DNA of 64,000 nucleotides from Microgenomates group bacterium (GTDB lineage Bacteria > Patescibacteriota > Microgenomatia > Daviesbacterales > UBA10151), in the NCBI GenBank assembly GCA_041659805.1, contig JBAZXP010000001.1, positions 128,589 through 192,588 of the forward strand, in the 5' to 3' direction. The notes below the pieces were generated by a model, which saw only the letters and a program-made list of their open reading frames with translations, made no database searches and was not told the DNA's origin. Shown here one piece after another: positions 10,057-19,881 of the stretch. Position 1 is the first letter of the stretch, and every line of letters starts with the position of its first letter. A program made the position numbers and the translations under genes.

Positions 10057-11331
10057 TCATGAGAACAGAGCCAGCTGATCTTCAGAATTTTCTTCCGTCT
10101 CTGTACCGTCCCAAATTTTTATCACTCCATAAGTATTATCATATCCAGGCTTGATTGACAATTTACCCTGTCTGACCCTGTTTACCCCATCAGCTATTTT
10201 TTCACCTGAATATTGTTTGATTAAATCAATGGGAGTTTTGGTTAAAATCTTTAATTCGCAGTCCAGATTCATCACCAATTTATCATATTCATTTCTAACC
10301 TTTTGAGTACCAACTGATTTTTCGAAAGCTTCGGCAATAATTTTTTCTAAACCCACCAACATTCTAAATCCAGGTCTTTTGGGAAAAGCTTTTGACTTAA
10401 TAACTCCATCAACCGTTTCTAAATCCAAGTCTTTAACAGATCTGGTAGCTAATTTTTCTACTCTTTCAGAAACACCGATAGTCATTTTTCTATTACATTT
10501 TGGACAAATTTCACCGTTTACTTTTACGTCCTCAGGTCCCATTATCACATCACAATTTCTGTGACCTGACCAGTGATACTTTCCTTCCTCGGGAAAAAAT
10601 TCAATAGTACCCATTATGTTTTGAGTAATCAAATCGTTCCGAAGTTCATCAAACGTCAGACGACCTTTAAAAATCGTTGCTTCCCTTCCAAGGTTTGGTA
10701 ATGAATGAGCATCAGAAAAAGATAAAATTGCTTTATTATCTAGATCTGCAATTCTCCAATTCATTGTAGGCTCACTAGAAAGACCTGTTTCAATTCCATA
10801 AATTGAATCCGAAAACTCACCAAAACATTCCTTAAAAAAATCATAACCAGACTCAGACCCAAAAAGAGAAAACCAAGGTGTCCAAATATGAGCAGGAATA
10901 ATAATGGCTGTTTTTTCTATGCTAAAAACTATTTCACAAATAGTTTTGGCAGAAAGGCCTGTAATCGGTCTGCCATCTGACGCCAAATTAACTTTCCTAT
11001 TAATAAGTTCTGCAGATAGCTTGGCAACAGATTCAAATGAAGGCATAAAAATTACCAGATGGATTCTTCTGCATTTTCCTTTATCTGTATAAATACAGGA
11101 AATCTCCGTTGTCAGCAAAAACTTAACTCCGTTACTTTCATATAACCCATTCCCTACTTCTTTTAAATTTTGTTTTAGTTCTGCAAACCAAATGGGGTGT
11201 AAAAAATCAGAAGTTCCCAAAAGATCTATCCCCTTAAATTTAGCCCACTTGGCCATGTTGGGAATATTTATCTGTGTTGAGCAGGCTCTGGAAAATCTGG
11301 AATGAAGATGTAAATCAGCTACATAAGCCAT
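10057..11331 (-). CDS. Endonuclease Q family protein (PHP domain plus Zn finger)
   Basis: ADLHLHSRFSRA, PAHIWTPW, SDAHS, GKYHWSGHRNC..CPKC and PGYD..YG. Confidence 0.85.
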   Translation of the reverse strand: MAYVADLHLHSRFSRACSTQINIPNMAKWAKFKGIDLLGTSDFLHPIWFAELKQNLKEVGNGLYESNGVKFLLTTEISCIYTDKGKCRRIHLVIFMPSFESVAKLSAELINRKVNLASDGRPITGLSAKTICEIVFSIEKTAIIIPAHIWTPWFSLFGSESGYDFFKECFGEFSDSIYGIETGLSSEPTMNWRIADLDNKAILSFSDAHSLPNLGREATIFKGRLTFDELRNDLITQNIMGTIEFFPEEGKYHWSGHRNCDVIMGPEDVKVNGEICPKCNRKMTIGVSERVEKLATRSVKDLDLETVDGVIKSKAFPKRPGFRMLVGLEKIIAEAFEKSVGTQKVRNEYDKLVMNLDCELKILTKTPIDLIKQYSGEKIADGVNRVRQGKLSIKPGYDNTYGVIKIWDGTETEENSEDQLALFS

Positions 11332-11336
11332 ATATT

Positions 11337-11397
11337 AATTTATAATTGATAATTTAAAATTGATAAAAAAATTCTAAATTATACATTCTACATTTTT
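11337..11397. repeat. Paired inverted heptamer arrays (gene-less copy of the four-helix-bundle flanks)
   Basis: AATTTAT AATTGAT AATTTAA AATTGAT then ATTCTAA ATTATAC ATTCTAC; 18 bp identical to 61696-61713. Confidence 0.7.
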
Positions 11398-13142
11398 CAT
11401 TTTTTGTATTGTTGTTTATACATTTCTGAAATTTCTTTGACAGTTGTTGCATCCTCAGGTCTTTTATCCTCTTCCCTAAATCTGACAAGTCTTGGGAATC
11501 TTAAAGCAAAACCCGGTTCAGAATCAGTTTTTCCTGCTGTGTGAGTTGGAGATTTGGTAATTTCATCTGCCAAAACTTCTATCACAATTTCTGGCTTAAT
11601 CCAAACTGTAGGTGTAATTAAAGAATCTACCCTGGCTGGTTTATGATCTAAACTAATTTTATCTGATCTTGCATGAATTTCTTTCCACTCAATATCTGTT
11701 AACCCTGTCCCAATTTTGGAAACCGTAACAAACATATCTTTTTGTGCGTCATAAACTCCTACTAAAAGTGATCCAGCCCCAAAACCAGACCTTTTTCCTT
11801 TTCCAAAAATATATCCTAAAATTACACAATCAATTGTGTCATGTAATTCCCCTGCCGAATGCCTTTTTAGTTTTACCCAGTTGAAATTTCTGGCTCCTGC
11901 CTCATAATTTGAATCAGGTTTTTTAACAATTAAACCTTCCAAACCACGGGTTATGGCATCGTCAAACATTTGTTGGATATGTTCTGCAGAATCTGTTACT
12001 TCTCCTGGTTCTGGGATGAGTGTTTTATCACCTTTTACTTCTGAAGTTAAAATTTTCATTCTTTCATTCAATGGTAAATCTACCAAGGATTTCCCATTAA
12101 GATACATAATGTCAAAAACAAAAGCCTTCAGTGGGAGCGATTTGCTCATCTCCTCGATATTGTATTTTCTGCGTCTTTTGGTAGTTTCCTGAAATGGTAA
12201 GAATTCTTCAGAATCAGGGTTATATGCCAGGGCTTCTGAATCTAAAATAATATTTTTTGCTTTAACTTGTTTTAAAACTCCTTCAATAATTTCTGGCATC
12301 ATTAAAGTTGTTTCTTCTAGGTTTCTGGAAAATAATCTGACTTTATCTCCATCTTTATGAATCTGAACCCTGAAACCGTCATATTTATATTGAATATGTG
12401 CTCTGCCCCCCATTTTTTCCAGAATTGTTTTGGCGTCAGGCAATCTTTCTGTGAGCTCCGAACGTAATGGTCTGCCAACTTCCACATCCAGTTTTTGAAT
12501 ACCTTCTAAACCCTTTTCCCATAAAGTTTGCCCAATAATTCCTAAATCAGATGTTTTATTGTAAGCAACTTCTAACTCTTTCCTTTGATTTCTGTGTCCT
12601 AATTTGCTTTCTGCAAAAGCATCCAAAATTGTTGGATCCCCTACCCCTAATCTTGAAGACCCCATGGGAATTCTGACTAAATGTTTGGCAGAAATAGGAT
12701 CCATATTTTGCAGCAAATCAGCTAAAAGATTAACTCTTTTTTCTACAGTCCCTGCGCCATTAGTCTTTGCAATTTCCAGTAATGTGTTAAAAACATCAGA
12801 AACTGAGGCGTGTGATCCTTCGGCTCGTTTCACTCGCTCAGGATGACTCGCTAAAACGCTCGTCACTTTCCCTAAATCCCCCATCTCACTATATTTTTTC
12901 AGTACTTCTTCCCGGCTGACCCCATATGCTTTAGCAATTGCTTCTGCTACCAATTTTTCACTCATCCCAATTTCTATTGCTTCATAAAAAGGAGCTACCC
13001 TACCCTGAATTAGATAAACTACCTGGGCTATATCAGAAGTTTCTACTTCTGAAAAAAGTTTGGATAAAGTATTTATTAAAATTAATCTGGAAGAAGTTTC
13101 TTCTAATTGTTCTAAATAGCTTGCGAACGTACTAAATACCAT
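11397..13142 (-). CDS. ATP-dependent DNA ligase
   Basis: KYDGFRVQIH adenylation motif, EGLIVK, WVKLK and LRFPR. Confidence 0.95.
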   Translation of the reverse strand: MVFSTFASYLEQLEETSSRLILINTLSKLFSEVETSDIAQVVYLIQGRVAPFYEAIEIGMSEKLVAEAIAKAYGVSREEVLKKYSEMGDLGKVTSVLASHPERVKRAEGSHASVSDVFNTLLEIAKTNGAGTVEKRVNLLADLLQNMDPISAKHLVRIPMGSSRLGVGDPTILDAFAESKLGHRNQRKELEVAYNKTSDLGIIGQTLWEKGLEGIQKLDVEVGRPLRSELTERLPDAKTILEKMGGRAHIQYKYDGFRVQIHKDGDKVRLFSRNLEETTLMMPEIIEGVLKQVKAKNIILDSEALAYNPDSEEFLPFQETTKRRRKYNIEEMSKSLPLKAFVFDIMYLNGKSLVDLPLNERMKILTSEVKGDKTLIPEPGEVTDSAEHIQQMFDDAITRGLEGLIVKKPDSNYEAGARNFNWVKLKRHSAGELHDTIDCVILGYIFGKGKRSGFGAGSLLVGVYDAQKDMFVTVSKIGTGLTDIEWKEIHARSDKISLDHKPARVDSLITPTVWIKPEIVIEVLADEITKSPTHTAGKTDSEPGFALRFPRLVRFREEDKRPEDATTVKEISEMYKQQYKK

Positions 13143-13187
13143 CACAAAGATTGTAATCAATCCTTTTCTTAATGTAAAATGGGTAAA

Positions 13188-13730
13188 ATGGATCAACAAG
13201 TAGAAATAGAAAAACCGCAATTACAAGTTGATTTAGAAACCTATTTATCAAAAATTCCTGAAGCAGATAAAAACCATCTAAGAAGTCTGGCAGATAATTT
13301 TCAAAAAGTAATGAAAAAACAAGGCAGATCTGGTTCTCTAGTAATAGTTGGCGGATCAATTACTAAACCATGGCCTAGAAAAGATATTGATATCCTTTTA
13401 CTTCGTAACCGATCTCCTCAAGATGTTCCCAGAGGAGATCGTACAATATACAAATATACATTAGCTGAATATGAAGAACTTAAAAATATTATTGAAAAGA
13501 TTGCCGCTAATACAGATTTAAAAATAGATAATGAGCATAGCGTAGAACCACTAATTGATGAGGAATTTGGCAGTGAAACTATTTTGCGTCACGATGGCAA
13601 TATTGTTATAAAAAGTGATGCCGACAAAGGGATTCCACTTGAATTCGTCAGCATGTCAAAACGTGGGAGCTATCGTGATGGTCTTATTCAAGGAGGCAAA
13701 CCTTTTGTAGTTTTAGCTGAAAATCTTTAA
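13188..13730 (+). CDS. Putative Pol-beta-type nucleotidyltransferase-domain protein
   Basis: hGGS-x8-DhDh (IVGGSITKPWPRKDIDILL). Confidence 0.55.
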   Translation: MDQQVEIEKPQLQVDLETYLSKIPEADKNHLRSLADNFQKVMKKQGRSGSLVIVGGSITKPWPRKDIDILLLRNRSPQDVPRGDRTIYKYTLAEYEELKNIIEKIAANTDLKIDNEHSVEPLIDEEFGSETILRHDGNIVIKSDADKGIPLEFVSMSKRGSYRDGLIQGGKPFVVLAENL

Positions 13731-13829
13731 ACATTTTTCCCAACCCCGAAGGATACAATTGCAATAAATTAGTTCTTCAATAAAAGAATCTATTGAAAAA
13801 TATCTTCTATCGTAGTAATAATTAAAATA

Positions 13830-14222
13830 GTGAACGAAGCTGAACAGTCGCGCAACAAACTACATATTATTGATCTCACCAAAGTACCGGTGGAAGAAGT
13901 GTGTGATCTTCATGATCAAACTTTGGAACAAACACTCCAGCAAACAGGCACAACAATTAAAATCGGAGTTCAACAAGTAAAACGAAGATTTTTGAGCGGA
14001 GCTTCTGCTGATGAAATCACAGGATTACTTAACAGAGTACTTGAAACAGTTGAACATAATAACAGACTAATCCTGAACTTAAGAGATGTTATCATTCACC
14101 CTGAATCAGCCCCAATTAACCCACAATGGAGAAATGACCCCTCAGCTACTGAAGCACTTAATCACCGGGATGTTTATTGGTTGGGAGAAATCCCCAATGA
14201 AATTCAACCCGAAGATTGCTAA
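13830..14222 (+). CDS. Hypothetical helical protein
   Basis: 130-aa ORF filling the gap; GTG start. Confidence 0.55.
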   Translation: MNEAEQSRNKLHIIDLTKVPVEEVCDLHDQTLEQTLQQTGTTIKIGVQQVKRRFLSGASADEITGLLNRVLETVEHNNRLILNLRDVIIHPESAPINPQWRNDPSATEALNHRDVYWLGEIPNEIQPEDC

Positions 14223-14223
14223 C

Positions 14224-15306
14224 CTATTTCAAGACATACATGGCATTTTTAGTGCCACCTGTTTTTTTGACTAAACCTTTTTGTTTTAAGAATTTAATTT
14301 CCCTTAAAACCGTGTCATCTGAATAATCAGGAAAAATCTTTCTGAAATCTTTGTTCTGCATCTCCTTATGTCTGTGCAAAAATTCCATAATAATCATTTG
14401 TCTTTCATTCAAAGTTACCTGCTCCCCTAGCTGATCCTTAATTCTGGCATCTGCTGAAATTCTTTTAACTCTTTCTTTAATCCTGTTTAATTCTATTGCT
14501 ACACCTTCCACAAAATAATCCAACCAAGGAGTCAAATCCCTTTCATGAGTGTCTAATACCAATTGATTAGAAACTGCCTGCAGGGTTAAATAATAATCCA
14601 TCGGGTTTTCATCAAAATATTCTTCAAAAGAAAAAAATTTCCTGATGTCATAGTTATCCAAAAACATAACCAATGTAGCAACTGCCCTGGCAGTCCGTCC
14701 GTTTCCGTCAGCAAAAGGATGGATTCTAGCTAACTCATAATGAATAATGCCTGCTTTTATCACAGGATGAATATCTTTTACTTCCTCTGAGTTGATCCAG
14801 TTTATTAAATCCTCCAAAAGATACGGTACTTCTGCAGCAGGAGGAGGGGTATAAGAAACCTGCCCTGTTTGAGTGTTTTTAATTACTACTTGTTTAGTTC
14901 TGAGTGCCCCGCTTTTTTCCTCAGGTAAAATTTTATCTGTTGTTAATTTATGAATTTGTAAAATAGTGTCCAAAGTAACGATATACCCCACCCCTTCAGG
15001 AGCAGCAATTTGAGTCGAAACTTCGTCAATAAATCTTAGAACATTTCTATAATTTAAAATTTCCTGAATATCCCTATCGCGTCCTACTACATCTTCTCCA
15101 GCTAAAACCTCTTTTGCTTCTTCCAGAGTTAATTGATTTCCCTCCAAATGAGTTCCATGATGAACAGTTCTCTCGATTGCTTCTTTCCTGAATTTTGCTT
15201 CCCAGGCTGGGATTAAAGGAGAACTTAAAATTACTTCACGCGAAGCATCAACTATACCGATATTTCTTAGAATTTTATTAGAGATTGTGTATTTGGGGAC
15301 AAACAT
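14224..15306 (-). CDS. Fic family protein with C-terminal wHTH
   Basis: HPFADGNGRTAR; N-terminal GTHLEGN inhibitory-type motif. Confidence 0.92.
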   Translation of the reverse strand: MFVPKYTISNKILRNIGIVDASREVILSSPLIPAWEAKFRKEAIERTVHHGTHLEGNQLTLEEAKEVLAGEDVVGRDRDIQEILNYRNVLRFIDEVSTQIAAPEGVGYIVTLDTILQIHKLTTDKILPEEKSGALRTKQVVIKNTQTGQVSYTPPPAAEVPYLLEDLINWINSEEVKDIHPVIKAGIIHYELARIHPFADGNGRTARAVATLVMFLDNYDIRKFFSFEEYFDENPMDYYLTLQAVSNQLVLDTHERDLTPWLDYFVEGVAIELNRIKERVKRISADARIKDQLGEQVTLNERQMIIMEFLHRHKEMQNKDFRKIFPDYSDDTVLREIKFLKQKGLVKKTGGTKNAMYVLK

Positions 15307-15346
15307 GAAATCAATTATTGCACATTTCCCGCAAAAAAAGAAGAAG

Positions 15347-16279
15347 TTAGGCAAGCAGCATTTCTAAAAGTGCCATCCTAACAAATAAACCATTCTGAGC
15401 TTGTTTAAAGGGAATCACCCTTTTATCTACATCCACCTCCGGAGGCAACTCATCATTTCTGGGTAACGGATGCATCACGATACTGCTTTGAGGAAGATTT
15501 TCTAACATTGCCAAATCCATACGGTAATCTTTTTTATATGGGGTGTAGTCTTCACTCCCAGCCAATCTTTCATCCTGAACTCTGGTCATATAAACCACAT
15601 CAGCGATCTTAGTTGCATCTTTTAAGGTTTTATTTTCAAAAAAAGGAACTGAGTGTTTAAAAAGATAATCTTTAATCCCTTGTTGTACTCCAAAACCGGG
15701 AGGAGACACAAAGTCTATACTGACACCTTCAAACTTTGCTAACAAATACGATAATGAGTTTATTGTCCGTCCATGAGCTAAGTCACCAACCATGGCAACC
15801 CGCAGTCCATTAAGTTCACCTTTAAAATGTTCATGAATTGTATAGACATCCAAAAGAGCCTGAGTGGGGTGTTGCCCTTTTCCATCTCCTGCGTTCAATA
15901 CAGGAATATTTACGACACTCGCAGCACGGGACGCTGCCCCATCTTCTTTATGACGCAAAACAATTGCATCATGGTAGTATCCTTCAATAATCCTGGCAGT
16001 ATCCTCCAGTGTTTCTCCCTTTATAGCAGAAGAAAATTCCGCTGCATTTTCTGTACTTAAGGCAGTTCCACCAAGCAACGTTGTTGCTGTTTCAAAAGAA
16101 ATCCTGGTTCTGGTAGAGGGTTCATAAAAAAGATGACAGACAATTTTGTTTTTTAAAGAATGTCTGTCTTTTCTAACTGCTGCGTCCTTCATATCGTTGG
16201 ATAAGGGGAAAAGATCCAACTCCAGGAAGCTGCGGTCAAATTGTTGTGCTTCAAGAATGTCTCTTAATTTTTCTACCAT
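15347..16279 (-). CDS. pyrB: Aspartate carbamoyltransferase catalytic subunit
   Basis: FYEPSTRTR, HPTQALLD and MHPLPR. Confidence 0.95.
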   Translation of the reverse strand: MVEKLRDILEAQQFDRSFLELDLFPLSNDMKDAAVRKDRHSLKNKIVCHLFYEPSTRTRISFETATTLLGGTALSTENAAEFSSAIKGETLEDTARIIEGYYHDAIVLRHKEDGAASRAASVVNIPVLNAGDGKGQHPTQALLDVYTIHEHFKGELNGLRVAMVGDLAHGRTINSLSYLLAKFEGVSIDFVSPPGFGVQQGIKDYLFKHSVPFFENKTLKDATKIADVVYMTRVQDERLAGSEDYTPYKKDYRMDLAMLENLPQSSIVMHPLPRNDELPPEVDVDKRVIPFKQAQNGLFVRMALLEMLLA

Positions 16280-16342
16280 AAAAAAGTCTTCTTCTATTTA
16301 TAAAGCACCCCACAAAGATGTCAATATGCTAAAATTATAAAT

Positions 16343-16657
16343 ATGGTTAAGCAAACTAAGGCAGTAACTAAAGCAAAAGCTAAAGTAAAAAGAAAAGAAA
16401 AGAAAATAGAAGAAAAAAGATTCCACGAAGAGCTGATAGCTCAGCTATTGACTCTGGCAACGAGTGGTTTTGGGTTAGTGGCAGCACTGGCCTGGAATCA
16501 AGCTATTCAGGCTTTTGTGACCCAATATATTACCCCCCGTATTCCTGGCTCAGGACTTATTTCTCAATTAATTTATGCAATTTTGATAACCAGCTTGGCA
16601 GTTTTTATTACCTATCAACTTTCTAAAATTTCTAATCACCTGGAATCTAAAAAGTAA
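16343..16657 (+). CDS. DUF5654-like small membrane protein
   Basis: TSGFGLVAALAWNQAIQ. Confidence 0.75.
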   Translation: MVKQTKAVTKAKAKVKRKEKKIEEKRFHEELIAQLLTLATSGFGLVAALAWNQAIQAFVTQYITPRIPGSGLISQLIYAILITSLAVFITYQLSKISNHLESKK

Positions 16658-17789
16658 TCGAACCTTTTTCAACATTAATTTTTTGTACTTTTTTCATAAA
16701 ACCGGCTGGGATTTGTTCGTTTTCCACTGCTGAAATAATAGTTTGCTGACCAGAAACTGCAGAAATTATATATTCACGATGATTAGTATCAAGTTCTGAA
16801 AAAACATCATCCAGCAAAAGTATCGGACAAGTATTTTTAAATTGTTTGATAAACTGCAGCTCTGCCAACTTTAAATCCAAGACAGCAGTTCTTTGCTCTC
16901 CCCTAGAACCGAAATGAGCCATATTTTTGCCCTTATTGTGAAAAACAAAGTCGTCTCTGTGCGGACCAATTAAAGTATTTGCTGCCGCAATTTCCCTGCC
17001 CAAATATTCCTGAAGCCTTTCTGCAGTTAAAACACTTTCTAAATAATCAAATCTAAATTGAGATTCATTTTTTAAATCATTTAAACTTTGAAAAAAGAGT
17101 CTCCTTTTTTCAGAAACCACAATTCCGAAATCAACTACCTGTTTACTCCAAAAAGTTAGTTCATCAGTCCTGGCAAGTCCTTCTTTTATTCTTTTCAAAA
17201 TTCTATTCCGGGAAACAACAGCCTCGTGATAATGCGTCAAAGAATTTTTATAAAGTTTATCAATTTGAGCTAAGCAAAGGTCAATATGCCAACGGCGAAG
17301 GGCTGGTGGACCTGTCACTAAATTTATATCTTCCGGTGAAAAATGAACCACTACTAAATTACCAATATAATCAACAGAACGTCTGGGCACCCCATTTACC
17401 CTTACCCTTTTTTCCAACCCATTCCCTTCTTCTCTCAGTTGCATCCCAATTTCTAACTTTGTAGAATCTTCAACGGGTGGCACGAGTCGGGTCGCCCCAT
17501 GATGGGGCCCCGCACTTGCTAGCGTAGTGGGTAAATCATGGGGCTGACGAGTGACAGGACCCGTTTCTAAAACTTCTCCTTCCACAAAACACCCTACCTC
17601 CCCATCTTTAATTAGCTGAATATCTTTTTCTGCTCTGGGAGATTTAGTGGTGGCTAAAAAATAAATTGCTTCTAAGAAATTTGATTTTCCCTGGGCATTT
17701 TCTCCAATAAGAAGAGTCGTTTGATTAAAAACAATTTCCAGTTTGGAATAATTTCGAAAAGATGTAAGTTTGAGGTTCTTTAAAAACAT
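16647..17789 (-). CDS. recF: DNA replication/repair protein RecF (with in-frame palindromic insert)
   Basis: FRNY, GENAQGKSN, GPHRDD, SRGEQR and LLLDDVFSELD. Confidence 0.95.
   Translation of the reverse strand: MFLKNLKLTSFRNYSKLEIVFNQTTLLIGENAQGKSNFLEAIYFLATTKSPRAEKDIQLIKDGEVGCFVEGEVLETGPVTRQPHDLPTTLASAGPHHGATRLVPPVEDSTKLEIGMQLREEGNGLEKRVRVNGVPRRSVDYIGNLVVVHFSPEDINLVTGPPALRRWHIDLCLAQIDKLYKNSLTHYHEAVVSRNRILKRIKEGLARTDELTFWSKQVVDFGIVVSEKRRLFFQSLNDLKNESQFRFDYLESVLTAERLQEYLGREIAAANTLIGPHRDDFVFHNKGKNMAHFGSRGEQRTAVLDLKLAELQFIKQFKNTCPILLLDDVFSELDTNHREYIISAVSGQQTIISAVENEQIPAGFMKKVQKINVEKGSITF
17472..17565. repeat. GC-rich palindromic element inside recF
   Basis: Terminal IR AACGGGT/ACCCGTT; internal CCCCATGAT/ATCATGGGG. 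Confidence 0.7.
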
Positions 17790-17830
17790 GTTCTCAGAGG
17801 ATAATGCAGTATCTAAAAAGAATCAAGTTA

Positions 17831-19210
17831 TTAACTTCTCTTTTCCCAATGACCAAGTCCTAAAAATTCCCGGCAATGATCTGGTAAATGCCATTCTTCA
17901 AAAAACCAACTTGGACGCATTGCTACCAAACCAATCACTAATGTTATTATTCCAACCACTACCATAATTGGTGAAGCGCCAAAAAGATCTGCAAAACCCC
18001 CAGCCAAAACAACTGGAACAGCAGAAAAAGCTGTCATTAAAACTGCCAGCATAGCGAAAACCTTTCCTCTATTTTTTTCTGTTGTTTTTTCCTGCAGGGA
18101 TGTTTGAGTCGGAATAATAATAGAAACAGCACTAAGTCCTGCCAAAAAGGCCAAGATAGAAAAGTAAAAAGAAAGAGACGGTGCCCTTAAAAAATATCTT
18201 GGGCGGGTAATATAAGAAGGCAGATCTGTTGACTGCAACATATCTGCAATGGCTGGAATTACTCCCATCAGAAAAAAGATAATACCGCTGGCAACTATGG
18301 CTGGAATTACCAAAGTTCTTCTTGGTTTACCTGCAAAAAGTCTGCCTACCACAATTGCTCCAATTACCATTCCTAAACCAAGTGGCAACATCACAAAATA
18401 AGAAGCATCTGTTGCATGAATTTTTAATACTCTTTCCAAATATGAAGGCATCAGCACAGCCAACACTCCAATAATTCCCTGAACTCCTGCAAGTAATGCT
18501 ATGGAAACTGTAATATCAAATCTGCTTCTTATAAATCTATAAGTGGTTGAAACTTCTTCCCCTGTTAAATCCAGTAATTTATTTAAATATTCTAAAGAAA
18601 AAGATTTTTTAATTTTTCTTCTGTTTTCAGTTCTAATCACTGGTAAATTACGGGATAAAATAAAAGCCAAGCCCAATGATCCTGCACCAAATAAAAATGC
18701 TGCATTAATTCCCAAGTGAGTTAAAATTGGTCCAGCTAAAGATGATCCTGCCATAAATGAAGCATAAAGTGTTAAGGAAAATAAGGAATTTGCTATAAAT
18801 AATTGTTTTTTAGAAACTAGAATTGGAATAGAAGAACTTTCTGAGGGCATAAAAAATTGAGCTAATGAATTTATAAAAAAAGTATTTAATAAAATCAAAG
18901 GAAAATAACCCCTGATTGGAATAAATAACAAAAATGATAAAGCTAATAATAAATCAACAGTTAAAATAATTTTTCTTTTATCAGCCAGATCCACAAATAC
19001 TCCAGCAAAAATACCAAAAATAACCACTGGTAAATAAACACAAAGTAAAAGCATGGAAACTGCTAAGTTTGAATCTGTAAGTTTGTAGACCCAAATAAGT
19101 AAGGCAAAGTTTAAAGTATTGTAGGCAAGCTGGATTAATATCTGATTAATCCATAAATATCTAAAACCCCGGTTACTTATAACCGAGGCAAATGTTGGTT
19201 TACTAGACAT
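17831..19210 (-). CDS. MFS transporter
   Basis: About 12 TM segments; AGVFVDLADKRK motif-A variant; RGKVFA. Confidence 0.9.
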   Translation of the reverse strand: MSSKPTFASVISNRGFRYLWINQILIQLAYNTLNFALLIWVYKLTDSNLAVSMLLLCVYLPVVIFGIFAGVFVDLADKRKIILTVDLLLALSFLLFIPIRGYFPLILLNTFFINSLAQFFMPSESSSIPILVSKKQLFIANSLFSLTLYASFMAGSSLAGPILTHLGINAAFLFGAGSLGLAFILSRNLPVIRTENRRKIKKSFSLEYLNKLLDLTGEEVSTTYRFIRSRFDITVSIALLAGVQGIIGVLAVLMPSYLERVLKIHATDASYFVMLPLGLGMVIGAIVVGRLFAGKPRRTLVIPAIVASGIIFFLMGVIPAIADMLQSTDLPSYITRPRYFLRAPSLSFYFSILAFLAGLSAVSIIIPTQTSLQEKTTEKNRGKVFAMLAVLMTAFSAVPVVLAGGFADLFGASPIMVVVGIITLVIGLVAMRPSWFFEEWHLPDHCREFLGLGHWEKRS

Positions 19211-19233
19211 AAGTTTTCACAGACCAGGAAATA

Positions 19234-19875
19234 TTATACCAAATGCTCCCAAAGTAAATGGGGTGAATGTAACAACCAATGATGATCCATACCTTTTAAC
19301 ACTTCTAGTTTGGAATAAGGAATAAGTTTATGCATTCTTTTTCCCTGCCATACCGGTACTAACAAATCCTTTTCTCCCCAAATAAGCACAGTAGGAACCT
19401 TTATTAGCCGACACTTATCTTCTAAATCTATATACTGAGAAATTTTGGTTAATTGCAGATGAATCAGTGGCGATTGCATTAATTTGAGTAAATCCACGCT
19501 TCTTTCCCAAAAAGCCCGTTTTTCATTCAGAAAAATATCTTTTACTAGGTGCCCAATTGCTTTTACAGGTGACTCTCTACCATTAATGCCCTCTGAATCA
19601 ACTAAAAATAAATGCTCTATTTTTTCTGGATACTGAACAGTAAAGTGGATTGCTAATGCTCCTCCTAAAGAATGTCCAAGAAGATATACTTTTGATAAAT
19701 TATTCGCTTTTAAGAAATTTAAAATGCGTTCACTTGCTTTATTCAGATCTATTTCAGGCATCAGTTGTGCTGGTGTTAACAACCAAATTTTCCAACCTTC
19801 AGGCACATTTTTATGCAATTTCCAGTATGAATTTTTATTTGAACCAAGACCACCAATCACAACTAGATTATTCAT
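19234..19875 (-). CDS. Alpha/beta hydrolase
   Basis: GHSLGG, WGEKD and C-terminal His. Confidence 0.88.
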   Translation of the reverse strand: MNNLVVIGGLGSNKNSYWKLHKNVPEGWKIWLLTPAQLMPEIDLNKASERILNFLKANNLSKVYLLGHSLGGALAIHFTVQYPEKIEHLFLVDSEGINGRESPVKAIGHLVKDIFLNEKRAFWERSVDLLKLMQSPLIHLQLTKISQYIDLEDKCRLIKVPTVLIWGEKDLLVPVWQGKRMHKLIPYSKLEVLKGMDHHWLLHSPHLLWEHLV

Positions 19876-19881
19876 AATGAA

